From Albugo candida (taxonomy: Eukaryota), in NCBI GenBank assembly GCA_040437565.1, contig JBDOQK010000009.1, positions 62,001-126,000 on the forward strand: a stretch of DNA of 64,000 nt. The letters are read 5' to 3'. The position numbers and the translations under genes were made by a program. Positions 11,990 through 23,593 of this stretch are shown here, piece by piece. Within the stretch, counting starts at the first letter, position 1, and each line of letters opens with the position of its first letter. Under the pieces are notes generated by a model. That model was not told the DNA's origin. It was given only the letters and a program-made list of their open reading frames with translations, and did not search any database.

Positions 11990-14900
11990 CTTTGCTAGAA
12001 TACTTGAACAATATTTATATGGTGTCTGTACATTCATCCAACGAAGAAGCGATGTGATGAGCCGTCTAATTCGACTTGCTAAAGAATCATTTCAATCCAA
12101 AATCAAGTCATCAAATTGGTCTCCATTACTCTATTTTTTCAGCTAACAATTCTCGAGAACTATCAATGAATGTATCGTCTGATGATGTTTGTGTCGCCTT
12201 TGACAAGTCTTAACTAGCCCAAGAAATCCGACTTCTGACTTCACGAATAAAAACAAGCAAGTTAATTTAAAACGACGGCAGCGAGTGGCATGGTTTGACC
12301 GAGGACGATCAATTCACCGGTGGACTTTGTCAAGTCTGCATTTCTTACAAGAACTCGAAAATCGGGCCAGAAGATATCACGATCACCCTGTGTGCCAAGT
12401 TCTAATGATGCGCCTACTAGTAATGAGAGCAAGTGATGGATCTCATTCAAGCCAATTCCAAATTTTATCATTTCCATCTTGTAATCCAATCTTTCCTTGA
12501 TCGAACAATAATACTGCTCTCGAGGAATTTCAACAAAAGTACGTTCAAGTGTGTCGTTCACATGCACATGCTGCAGGGCTACTACGGATGTGGCACATGA
12601 AGTGTGTTGTCAGTGGTTGGAGTTACTTTTAATTTCATGCAAGAGCGCTACGATTAGAGTACAAAAAAGTACTGCAGAATAAATCGGAGGTCTCACTGTC
12701 AAGAGATATATTCTCCTCCTGACGAGCTGGCCCCTTCCGTCAACAACATTCAGCTTATTTTGATGTACCTTTGATCTTAACCAACAAGCTTCTGTACTTA
12801 CTATTACTTTGAATGCATCTGTCATAGCATAGCTACTTGCGGGGCACCTGCAGGGAGCGCAGCAGCTATCATACATCACACGTTAGGTATACTATCTCAG
12901 TGCTATCCAAATTCTCATGGACCGATGAGACCCACACTTTGCTTGCAAATTAAATGATATTGGGCTTGAAAATGTTCCCATCTCTATTTCATTCATTTAG
13001 GGTAATTACCTTGCCCTTCATCAAGTATCTGAAGCTGGTGGTTGTGNNNNNNNNNNNNNNNNNNNNNNNNNNNNNNNNNNNNNNNNNNNNNNNNNNNNNN
13101 NNNNNNNNNNNNNNNNNNNNNNNNNNNNNNNNNNNNNNNNNNNNNNCGGAGGTCTCACTGTCAAGAGATATATTCTCCTCCTGACGAGCTGGCCCCTTCC
13201 GTCAACAACATTCAGCTTATTTTGATGTACCTTTGATCTTAACCAACAAGCTTCTGTACTTACTATTACTTTGAATGCATCTGTCATAGCATAGCTACTT
13301 GCGGGGCACCTGCAGGGAGCGCAGCAGCTATCATACATCACACGTTAGGTATACTATCTCAGTGCTATCCAAATTCTCATGGACCGATGAGACCCACACT
13401 TTGCTTGCAAATTAAATGATATTGGGCTTGAAAATGTTCCCATCTCTATTTCATTCATTTAGGGTAATTACCTTGCCCTTCATCAAGTATCTGAAGCTGG
13501 TGGTTGTGTAAGAAGTTGGCACAACCAAAACTTCATAAAAGCTGTATTGACACTGTTGACGGCAGTCTGACTGGTATTTGAAGCTTTCGTATACTAGTCC
13601 GGCGGGTTCGGACCGAATTCGGTATAGGAATGGTCCACTAACAACGAGAATACCTTCGTTTGCATTAGGGGCTATTGTGGTGGCACTGTTCGATCTTTTT
13701 AGCCTGTGTCATCACAGAAAATCTCACAGCACAGCGCGTGACGAATACAGATGAAAAATACCTTTGTACTCTTTTCCGCAGTCTTCATATTGCTGCCACA
13801 TAAATACGCGTTCAGCATTGACGGCTTGCTGGGTATCTTGATGGTAGATAGCTACAGAACTGCTGATGCGTCACGGTGGCCGCCTTATTGAGATACATGT
13901 TCAAACACCTGTGACGAGTAAATGAAGAGATGGTGATGTCGGTGTATAGAGCATCCAGTCCAAGCATCCAAAAAGAAGACTATGCGGGTAGCTCTGTTCC
14001 ACATATAATTGAGTTGAGAAGACTATCCTTAATCCTACTCGACATCGATATCAGCAGGCAATAAATCTTGTAGAAAATGGTTGACTTTGAACCCATGCTG
14101 GTCAATTACCAATGCTTCTCTCTACAGTGTGAGAAACTCATTGGAAAAGTTCCGCACCGCACCTCATCGATAGTACTGGACGCGTCTATCTGCATGGCAT
14201 CGTTCCTGTTGTTATGCCGTGCATGCCACTAGTTTATTTAACATTACAGACCGTGCGGATTACGATAGCACGAGTGCGTGATATGAATGATGTACCAGGA
14301 TTGTAATTGATCCGATGAAATATGTGGCTGGGAAGAAATATTCAAGCTTCCGCTTTGTAGATATACCCTCGATTCCAAACAGTAATTCTAATTTGCTGCA
14401 TTTGTGCCACGCTCCATCGGATGAACTTGTCGCGCAGAACTAGCCGTTTCTTCGTTTTTGTCAATGTTTATATATAATACCCGAAAGTAAATGAGCTGTT
14501 TTCTTAAAAACCAGCATATGCTTGCATGAGGTAGGGTCTTTTTGAATGAAGTTCACGTCATCAGCAAACACATCAATGCGACACTTCACATTGTTACACA
14601 GAGTTGCTGAAAGATACTTCAAGTACCACTTCCAGCTATGGCACGATCACTACCAGCAATATTGCAACTTCTAGTAATGATGTGTGCTCATTGAAGATTG
14701 CTGGGTGATTGTCATCGATAAAGCAAAGCAAAGTAGTGCCAATAGAAAGCTGTGTTAATGAGCCAAACTGCATTGTGACTCGCAATTGATCTAAGAATGA
14801 TTCAGGCTACGCTGATACGATGTCGGGAATCACTCGATGGGATTATTTTGTAGTTATTTAACAAAAGAGGGCCATTTTTTGAGGTTAGACATGTGCCACT

Positions 14901-15250
14901 CTTCGGGAATTGGTTTACTGAGATATTGTCTCTAATAACCTTGCCTTGTCTCTATTCGGTCAGTAACCATGACTCATAATTGCCGTCCAAGAATTTTTTT
15001 TACATCTTATAGGATCACAATTTCAGCAAACTTTTGTGGCTATACGGATTGTCCGGATGTCCCTTCTCATTAAATCATTTCGATCACCAAATAGAGCCGT
15101 ATTTGCTTTCGAGCTGGAGCACTTTTATTTTACCTTTGCGACCATAGTGCGAGAAACACAGTCTGGTAATCGATATCAAACTCACTAATTGCTCAAGAGC
15201 AAGGTTGACGATGGGGTTCAATTGGAAGCAAAAAGCTTCAGTAAATGGCT
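11990..15250 (-). pseudogene. Decayed Cys-patterned ORF remnant, unit 3
   Basis: ORF pieces 12262-12567 and 12610-12879 and the YRLPDCVSRT segment near 15170 align with units 1, 2 and 4. Confidence 0.5.
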
Positions 15251-15312
15251 ACTCGATAGTTCCGTGGATAGAGCTAGCAAAACCAGTCGAGCTTATATCG
15301 TCGAGAGCTTAA

Positions 15313-16318
15313 TCATTACAAATGTTTGTGATGCTTGCACTTTAGCCAAGGTAGTCTTCGTGCCAGAATTGGAATAAACACTTGTGATATAACCCTCTTT
15401 TCCTGCTGAAAGATGCAAAATCCAACACATATCAAAAACATCATTCCCAATATAAGTGCTTTCCATGTTGATTCCAAAGCATCTTACCCGGTGATTGAAT
15501 GGAAATTGAAAGAATCATTCGTGTGTAAGACCAGAATGTGATACAAACGAAGCTCAGTAGTGCCATAAACACCATGCGTCCAGGTAGGGTATGACAATAT
15601 ATATAGTCGGAACGCCCCATGCCGCCCCGAGCTTTCCTCCAAAAGCCTGCTAATGAACAAAAAGCAGCATGTACCTTATGCGACACGTCATATGTTTACA
15701 ATTCGCCAGAATTAGTCCGATCGTGCCCAAATGATATTGACTCATTAGGATGTAGACAATGATGGCATAAAGTATCGAGAAGACGATCATTGACTGGTCG
15801 AACGCCACAAACTCTTGGGACATGTGCACAAAGGCTTCCAAGATTCCATTGACCTCCAAAGCCAGATGTAAATGCAATACACTGACAAGGTATTCGAGAT
15901 GTTCTTTGTGCTCTTTCGCTTCCAAGCAGAAGTAGAAGATAAGTCTTCAAGTCGCATCAAATTCCAAATAAATTTTGATGAATCCCGAAGGACCCGCTGA
16001 TTCTTTTACTACTGCTTCTTGAATAATGATTGATAATTTCAGATAATGGCTCCAGTGGATCCCTCAATTGAGTGAGTGATCAGATGGAGGATCAGCTTTC
16101 CAAAGTAGAACTAATCCCGTATATTCCCATCATCGCAAATATTGCACTTCGAGACAGGGTCCATAAGTCTTCTCCTTCTACGAAAAACAATCGTATCGTT
16201 TTCAGCAATACGGGTACAGTCGGTCATAATCGCTCTACCAACGAGAAATGTCGCCATCTGAAACTTCTTTTCGTCATATGAGAGTGGAGAATAATAAGTC
16301 TTGGACGTAGCTGCTTCC
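15313..16318 (-). pseudogene. RFT1: RFT1 3'-half pseudogene, unit 3
   Basis: YCHTLPGRMVFMALLS and LMSQYHLGTIGLILANC match RFT1; frameshifted; same 5' breakpoint as units 1 and 2. Confidence 0.92.
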
Positions 16319-16532
16319 ACCAGAATCATAGAAAGGTAAGGATCAATGGGATGCTGACGATATTTTTTTTATCATTTCCGGTGCTCAAAATCCGTCTTTC
16401 CACTATCATGTACTTCTACCGCTCTTCGAGCACGGAATTATACCAGTAAACTGTGTATGGCACATTCAATCAGAGGGCACCTCATTGGAACAACAGCAAT
16501 ACAGATGTTATGATATCATGCATCCAATATTA

Positions 16533-17078
16533 TCGGCTTTGTTTCTACTTTGACAAGGATTTCATTACACTTTTTATCTGGTTCTTTAACTACCTTCCTT
16601 ATCCTATCATGAGCCCCTGACCGTATGAATATCACTTAAGTCTGACTTCAAACCTAGGGAGGCAGATTTTCAAGCTTATTGCTTGGGTGGGCTCAAACCG
16701 CTGCCCACACTGCCGGGGATCGAACCAACGACCTCCGGCAGGGGTCCGTGCGCTCAGTTGAAGGTGTCTATATTACTAGAATTAGACTAACTGACTTCAC
16801 TAGTTGCCTAGGCTATCNNNNNNNNNNNNNNNNNNNNNNNNNNNNNNNNNNNNNNNNNNNNNNNNNNNNNNNNNNNNNNNNNNNNNNNNNNNNNNNNNNN
16901 NNNNNNNNNNNNNNNNNTGTACAGGAGTTGGACCGGGCTCTTCAGAACGTTACATACCAGTGATTAGAATAGAGTAGACAACCACCAAACTGTAGTAACA
17001 GAAAGGTGTCTAAATAAAAGTACTACGGGCGAACACCCTTAATTGAGCTGGGTACGGACCCTCGGCTTTGTTTCTACT
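16533..17078 (-). mobile_element. Retroposon/SINE-like insertion with 17-bp target-site duplication (contains an N gap)
   Basis: tcggctttgtttctact occurs at 16533-16549 and 17062-17078; the paralogous site in unit 2 (~10520) is empty; the minus strand carries a tRNA-like B-box GGTTCGATCCC at 16716-16726. Confidence 0.8.
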
Positions 17079-17835
17079 GCAGAAATTGGCGGAAGGGCTA
17101 CTGATTCCGCTATGATGAATGCGTCAAGTGACTTCCTTTTTGAGGCTCATAAAAGAAAACAATGCTTCCCAAGAAAACAATGCTTCCTGTCGCGCGTAGA
17201 TTCCACGGCTGCGTATCAAGAGTGAACAGAAGGATGGTAAATTGTACGATCTCGAGCTATAGCGATGAGGTTGTTCTTCTTTGCCGATAAATCGATCGTT
17301 TAGCACGCAATTGAAGCGCTACGCGCGATTTTTTTACACGAATCGTTTTTCTCAATTATCTTGGTATGCGCAGATAACATTAGGGCAACCCACTTGGCAT
17401 CATATGGTTGGAGAATACAGGCGATGTTATCGCTGCTACATCTAGTACGCTGATGGCAGGACTTCCATGTTGATGGCAAAGGCTATGAAACGTGTGATAT
17501 CGGTTCAGCAGCGATCCATATAAGATATTCATTCTACGCACGCTTTTTCATCTTCGTGGTTCTGGCCAGCCCCAAATCCTATGTGAAAAGATATAAAATC
17601 GTATCAAAAAACTCAATGCCGACTTCGATGTCTAAAAGAATAGAATTTTGGGAAAGAATGCAGTGATGCAATGACGGAATAGAGTAAAGCCAGAACAGTG
17701 ACTTTGTACTGGATGACGAGATGAAGATCACTGTTCGGCCCAGCGTAGAATTGTAATGCAACAAGCGAGTTTATATTTCCTTAGTGTTGCTATATCTTGT
17801 CTTTAACACCCCAGCTACTTTAAGAGAGGTATTTT

Positions 17836-18333
17836 TTATTGATCTTTCTTCCATGACTCTAATCTGTTACGAATGCCTGGAACGTAATCTTCAAATGTTG
17901 TTTCTTTTGGCTCTTTTCTCATAATGCCAGGGTTTTTAATGTCATCTCCAAAAGTTTTGGGGCCAAGGCTTGGAACGTAATCACCAAGTGTTTTAGGGCC
18001 AAGGCTTGGAAAGCAATCACCAAGTGTTTTAGGGCCAAGGCTTGGAAAGTAATCTCCAAGTGTTTTGGAGCCATGGCCTGGAAAGTGATCTTCAAGCGGT
18101 GTTTCCTTTGGGTCTTTTTGTTTTCGAGGGTGGCTTGTAGTTTTGACTTCCCCCAGTTTAGTAGAGTGTTTCGTTAAAGTTTTCCGAGTGCTGGCTAGAT
18201 TTGGCTGGGACTTGGATCCGGAGTTTTCCGCCAGATTCCCCCCATTCGGTATTTTCACCCGCGTAGAAGACTGCGACGGGAGAATCAAGAAGACTGCCGA
18301 AATGGGTACCAGACAAGCGGAGGTGAACTTCAT
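17836..18333 (-). CDS. Putative secreted protein, family 1 copy C (165 aa) with 12-aa tandem repeats
   Basis: Signal-peptide-like MKFTSACLVPISAVFLILPSQSS; GPKTLGD(Y/C)(F/V)PSL repeats; intact ORF. Confidence 0.8.
   Translation of the reverse strand: MKFTSACLVPISAVFLILPSQSSTRVKIPNGGNLAENSGSKSQPNLASTRKTLTKHSTKLGEVKTTSHPRKQKDPKETPLEDHFPGHGSKTLGDYFPSLGPKTLGDCFPSLGPKTLGDYVPSLGPKTFGDDIKNPGIMRKEPKETTFEDYVPGIRNRLESWKKDQ
17944..18096. repeat. 36-bp coding minisatellite (~4 copies)
   Basis: Unit atcaccaagtgttttagggccaaggcttggaaagca repeated in frame. Confidence 0.92.
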
Positions 18334-18994
18334 TTATTAGACTTTTGAACGACGTTGTTTTTTCTAAACTGCAGAGATGATCTGTGAAATGGCGTGAACT
18401 CTGAACCTGACGACGCAGCGTTAGGATCATAAAAGGTACATTACAATTTGCAATATCGATAAGATAAGTGGAATGATGAGCATTGTGTTCGAAGGCATTT
18501 CTATATTTCTTGCTTCTATAAACCAAATCGAACAAAATTCAAAAAGGGCGTTCGAGATATGGGAACGCGCTGATGCGACACGAGATCCTGGTATCTGACA
18601 AAAGTGGGTATCATTACTTTTAATGTCCTATTGAAGTACAAAAGTTTGTTTTTCTTCCCTCTAGACCGCTCGAAGAGATCCGAAAGATATTAAGATGGTT
18701 TACGCTAAACAGATTCGCCTCCTGGAAGTGAAGTATGCTTCGACTTTGTGCATTCTACTTTTTTTTTACTTTTTTGGAACCCTATCTCGCTTGCTTCTCC
18801 GTGCTAACCACAACTCAACGTGAAACTTCTTTTTTTTGAATCTCCAAGGTAAATAAATAGCTGGACTTTTTATTATATAGAAATAGTTTATAACGTCGAT
18901 GAAGGGAAGATGAAATTTTAGCGAAGCAGTCATCAGAATGAGTATTTGTCTCTTCTACCATCTCATAGTGATTGTGCACATCAGCTGTGAGCAT

Positions 18995-21680
18995 TTACTC
19001 CGCTACAACACTCACAATCTTTAGATGGTTTGGCTACGGTCATACAAGAAAGAAGCGATGCGAGTAGTCGCTTAAATCAAGTTGCTTGCGGCATTTCTGA
19101 GCTGACGAGCTGACCGAATTTTGAGTATTTACAATGAGAGTATCGTCTGATAATATTTACGTCGCCTTAGGCACGTCAGGTAACAAATAGCCCACAAAGG
19201 ACTTTTGACTTTACGAATAGAAACAAAACACGTGCACTATGTAATAAGCAAGATAGTCTGGTAAGTCGACGCCAGCGATTGGCATAGTTACAACAATGGA
19301 TAGTATAATGAATAGCCAGTCTCAATGTCCTGCACGAACTCGAAATTGTGGCCAGAAGATTTTACGTTTCCTGTCTGCCCAGTAGTGCTGGTAGCACGTA
19401 AGGGATATCAGCCATACCCATTCCTGGATTTGGTGTATTTACTCCGGTTAAATTCTTTCCATTTCGAAATCCAATCTTTCTTGACCAAAGAGGCTTACAA
19501 CGAAATCAAAGACTACGCGAGTCATAACAATAGCCAATCTTCTAATCGTATGTGAGTCGTCTTCGTCATTTGCATCCAACAAATCACTGGTGGAAGAAAT
19601 GTATTGTGTATTGCTCAACGTTCCGACAATACGTTGTACGTAGCTGCGAAATTGAAAATGCGAAAATATGCTACCCGATGAACGTCTGTGAGCAAGTGTC
19701 GATCGCATGCACATGCTGCAGGGATACTATAGATGTGGCACATCAGCTGGGTACACAGAGGGTTGGGTTATTTTCAATTTTATTCAAGAGCGCTAAAAGC
19801 GGGCTCCATAGCTTTATTTTCGGATGAATTGTAGTCATACTGCCAATAGGATAAATCCTCGTCCAAAGAGCTGGCCCCTTCCGTTATCAGCATTTAACTT
19901 TTGTTCTAGAGACTTTGGTGATATAAGTTTTCTCTACCTGACCTTAGGCAAATCCTGTCCATATTACTTTGCATATACTATTATAGCATAGCTACTTACG
20001 AGGTACCTGGCGGGAGCGAAATATATACCATAAACCACACGTTCGGTATACTAGCTCAGGGTTGACGGAATACTCCTGCACCGACGAGAACCCTACTTTG
20101 CTAGCGAGAAGACAGTAGTGAGCTTGAGGATATTCGCCTGTCTTTTCCATTGATTAGGCGATTTTTTCCTGCATGGCTACCATTTCCAGATTTGCATACC
20201 ACCTCATCGAGTGTTGGGGGTAGTGGTTGCATTAGAAGCTGGTAGCACAAAAAACTAAGAAGAAAAGCTGCATTGGCACTGTTTACGGCAGTCAGACTGC
20301 TACTGTAGCTTTCGTACACGAGCTTGGCGGGACCAGACGATGATATGGCTCGCTAATGGTGCAATAACGTTGAAAACTCCTTCGTTTGTCCTAGGGCCTG
20401 TTATGATAGCATTGCTGGTACCCTTCCAGCGTGGCGTGACGAAAATGCTGGGAGCACCGTGCGTGAAATTACAGATGAAAGCTGCTTTGTGCTTTATTTC
20501 GCAATTCGCGCGCTGCTGCAACATGAACAGGAGTTAAACATTGTCGGCTGGCTAAGAGTTAGAAGTGCTGATGCGTCATGGTGGTTATCCTATCAAAAAA
20601 CGCGGTCAAAACGTGTTTCGAGCATGTTCTTTCGTTCTTGTCTATGCTTGGATGCAATCTCGGTGAATAGCTGAGCTGTTTGTTACACGAAGAATATCTT
20701 CAAGCAAGTGTGGCCTTTGTAGTCTTTGCGGCTGAATTCCACATCATCGGCAAAAACATCAGCGTGGACATTTCGCGTTGATAGATGGGAATGCTGATAG
20801 ATAGTTTGAGTACCGCTTCCAGGTAGACCGCGAATAATATCGGCAATACTGCAACGTTTTGTGAATCTCATAAAAGATTGCGTAGTGATATATGTCGCTT
20901 AGGCAAAGCAGAAGTGTTATCAATAGAAAACGTATTGTTGAGCCAAACTGCACTGTGACCCATTATGGATGTGAGAATAGTTGAAGCTATTTTGAATAAA
21001 TGATATAGAAACGACGTCAAGAACCACTGGATGAGATCATTTTGTAATAACTCAGCTGAAAAAGTACCGTTTCTCAAGGCTGCAGATGTACAGCTCTTCG
21101 TGAACTGGTTCCGTAGGAATTTTCTCGGGTAACCTCGGATTTCTTCCAGTAGATCAGTAGCTATTGACTCAAACTTGCGGCTCAAGGTTCTGTATAGAGT
21201 TTATAGGATCACAATATCAGCAAAATTTTGGCGACTTCCTACATGGGTTTTCCGGATATTACTTCTCATTGGACCACTTTAATCACACAACCAAGCACGA
21301 TATGATTCGAGCCCACTTAGAATCATTGCTTCGATTCCGGCACCAGCGAGTACAAGTCCAACCCCGATCATGGTCCCATTTGGACAATTTTACAACTTCC
21401 ACATCATTCACACGCTGGACATATTCTCGGATTGTGGTGGTTTGAGGCTACCGCAATACAGGACTGTCAGCGATAGACACCCAGGGTAGATCGAGAGGTC
21501 AGTTAGTCTGATGTAGTAATTATAGACACCTTAACTCATCCGAGCGAGGTACTGTTAATTGTACGTTTGCCAGCACAATACAAGAAACACACTATGATAA
21601 TCGATATCAAATTCAGTAATTGCTAAAACTCAAGATTGTCGGTTGGGTTCAATTGAAGTGAAAAACTTCAGTAACTGGTT
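18995..21680 (-). pseudogene. Decayed Cys-patterned ORF remnant, unit 4
   Basis: ORF pieces 20868-21185 (KFESIATDLLEEIRGYPR), 20683-20871 (RGLPGSG...DVFADDV), 20101-20319 and 19448-19714 are homologous to the other units. Confidence 0.5.
21308..21545 (+). mobile_element. 228-bp insertion related to the 16.5-kb element, flanked by a 5-bp direct repeat
   Basis: Absent at the paralogous site (~2590); cgagc on both sides; gtcagttagtctgatgtagtaattatagacacctt resembles the reverse complement of 16761-16797. Confidence 0.65.
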
Positions 21681-21744
21681 ACTCGACAGTAACGTGAATG
21701 AAAAGCTAGCAAAACTAGTCGAGCTTATGTCGTCGAGAGCTTAA

Positions 21745-23541
21745 TCATTCCGGATGTTTATGATGCCTGCGCTTTAACCAAGGTAGTCTTCGTGCCAGAA
21801 TTGGAATAAACACTTGTGATATAACCCTCTTTTCCTGCTGAAAGATGCAACATCCAACACATATGAAACACATCATTCCCAGAATAAAATGCTTCCCGTG
21901 TTGATTCCAAAGCATTTTACTCGGTGATTCAATGGAAAGTGGAAGAATCATTTGTTTGTACGAGCAGAGTGTGATACACACTGAGCTTAGTAATGCCATA
22001 AGCACCATGCGCCCTGGTAGGGTATGACAATATAGTCGGAACGCCCCATATCGTCTTGGGCCTTCCTCCAAAAGGTTGCTGATGAACGAAAAGCAGTACG
22101 TTATGCGACAAATCATATTAATACAATTCGCTAGAATCAGTCCGATCGAGCCCAAGTGAAATTGACTCATGAGAAGGTAGGCAGCAATGGCATAGAGTAT
22201 AAAGAAGGCGATCATTGACTGATTGAACGCCATAAACTCTTTTGGGACGCCAATGGAGTGCACAAAAGCTTCCGAGAGTCCATTTACCCCCAAAACCCAG
22301 ATGTAAACGCAATACGCTGACAAGGCATTCGATATGCTGTCTTGTGCTTTTTCGCTTCCAAGCAGCAGCAGTAGAAGAGTCTTTGTGTAAAAAAAACCGA
22401 AGCAGGTAAATAATAATCCAATGACGTTCATAAATCGCATCAGATTCCAAAACAACCTAATCGAATCCGATGAGACCCGCTGATTGGCTTTGATTGCCTC
22501 ATGACCAATAACTGACTTGCTGATAATGGCTCGAGTGGCTTCTTCCATTGGAAGAAAGATCAGCCGAGGGACCAGACTACCTAGATTAGAGACAATCCCG
22601 TATATTCCCATCATCTCAAATGTTGCAAAGCAAGCCAGGATCCATTTATCACCTTCTGTGAGCAAATATTTCGTAGCGCTTTGAACACAGAGCGGGTACA
22701 ATCGGCTCATGAATGCTTTATCGAAGGAAAAGCTTGCAATCTGTAATTTATTTCCGTCGTAAAGAGTGCCAAGAGTGTGACGTCTTGGAAGCAGCTGCTT
22801 CCAAGATGTAAAAGCAAATCGTTCCGTAGTCAAGGCCGCATTCATCTTTCGCTGATAACAAAAGCCGAGAAATAGCACCAAGCCGAGTGAATAGCCTATT
22901 TCAGCCCATCCATACGCATAAAGACCCAAATCGAATACAAAAACACCAATGTATTGCAGAATTGTCTTACATATAAAACCAAATCCTTGCGCTGAAACTT
23001 GCCAAGATACATATAGGCTGCAATGAGCAAAAAGATACATGATTTCCCCAACCGCTTCTATCATGGCCGCAACACAATACATTGAGAACACAACGCGATA
23101 CTCAGTGATCGATTTCGAATGCACCAAGTCGATTGACTGCTGGTCCGCATAAGTTGTCGCAAGATTTGGAGAAATCCATACGTAGAGCAAAAGAGATAAG
23201 CTGATAAGCCAACTGGAAAGTGTCGATAACCACGCAAGATTCACGTAAGTTTGTAATTTTCCATTGCTCCATTCACTACAAAGCTCTAGCGAGGGAAGAC
23301 GAAGATACGAAAGACGAAAACCGTCGCGAAAGAGGAAAATTGTGGCGAGGACGAGTTCTAATTGGATCGTAGCGGCTCCTGTGACCTCCGGTCGAAGTTT
23401 ACGCAGCACAAAAGTACTGAGCATAAAAGTCACAAGCTTTTGAGCAAACAAATAAGAGCTTCCGCGGAAAACTCGCGACGTTACTGAATTAGCGTCCGCT
23501 GTGGATGCTTCATGCTCACATGCGCTTTCGCCATTGCGCAT
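21745..23541 (-). CDS. RFT1: RFT1, ER Man5GlcNAc2-PP-dolichol translocation protein
   Basis: Multi-TM ORF with KYLLTEGDK, YGIVSNLGSLVPRLIFLPMEE and GVNGLSEAF motifs. ATG at 23541 preferred because the longer ORF starts at a non-ATG codon overlapping RPC11. Confidence 0.95.
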   Translation of the reverse strand: MRNGESACEHEASTADANSVTSRVFRGSSYLFAQKLVTFMLSTFVLRKLRPEVTGAATIQLELVLATIFLFRDGFRLSYLRLPSLELCSEWSNGKLQTYVNLAWLSTLSSWLISLSLLLYVWISPNLATTYADQQSIDLVHSKSITEYRVVFSMYCVAAMIEAVGEIMYLFAHCSLYVSWQVSAQGFGFICKTILQYIGVFVFDLGLYAYGWAEIGYSLGLVLFLGFCYQRKMNAALTTERFAFTSWKQLLPRRHTLGTLYDGNKLQIASFSFDKAFMSRLYPLCVQSATKYLLTEGDKWILACFATFEMMGIYGIVSNLGSLVPRLIFLPMEEATRAIISKSVIGHEAIKANQRVSSDSIRLFWNLMRFMNVIGLLFTCFGFFYTKTLLLLLLGSEKAQDSISNALSAYCVYIWVLGVNGLSEAFVHSIGVPKEFMAFNQSMIAFFILYAIAAYLLMSQFHLGSIGLILANCINMICRITYCFSFISNLLEEGPRRYGAFRLYCHTLPGRMVLMALLSSVCITLCSYKQMILPLSIESPSKMLWNQHGKHFILGMMCFICVGCCIFQQEKRVISQVFIPILARRLPWLKRRHHKHPE

Positions 23542-23593
23542 GATTAAGGTACGTATCGGTGCGATTCGGTAGAAATACGGTATCTGTAGAACA

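Larger units (their letters stand above)
330..22800. repeat. Degenerate tandem segmental duplication, four units of ~6-7 kb
   Basis: Colinear anchors recur: 'gctactt' anchor at ~410, ~6205, ~12830, ~19990; '(c)atcggcaaa(c/a)acatc'-like anchor at ~1580, ~7920, ~14560, ~20740; RFT1 3' end at ~2786, ~8740, ~15313, 21745; secreted-gene ATG at 4705, 11305, 18333. Confidence 0.9.

Noticed and set aside
12686-13507. Direct repeat around the gap at 13047-13146
   Set aside because: Assembly overlap.
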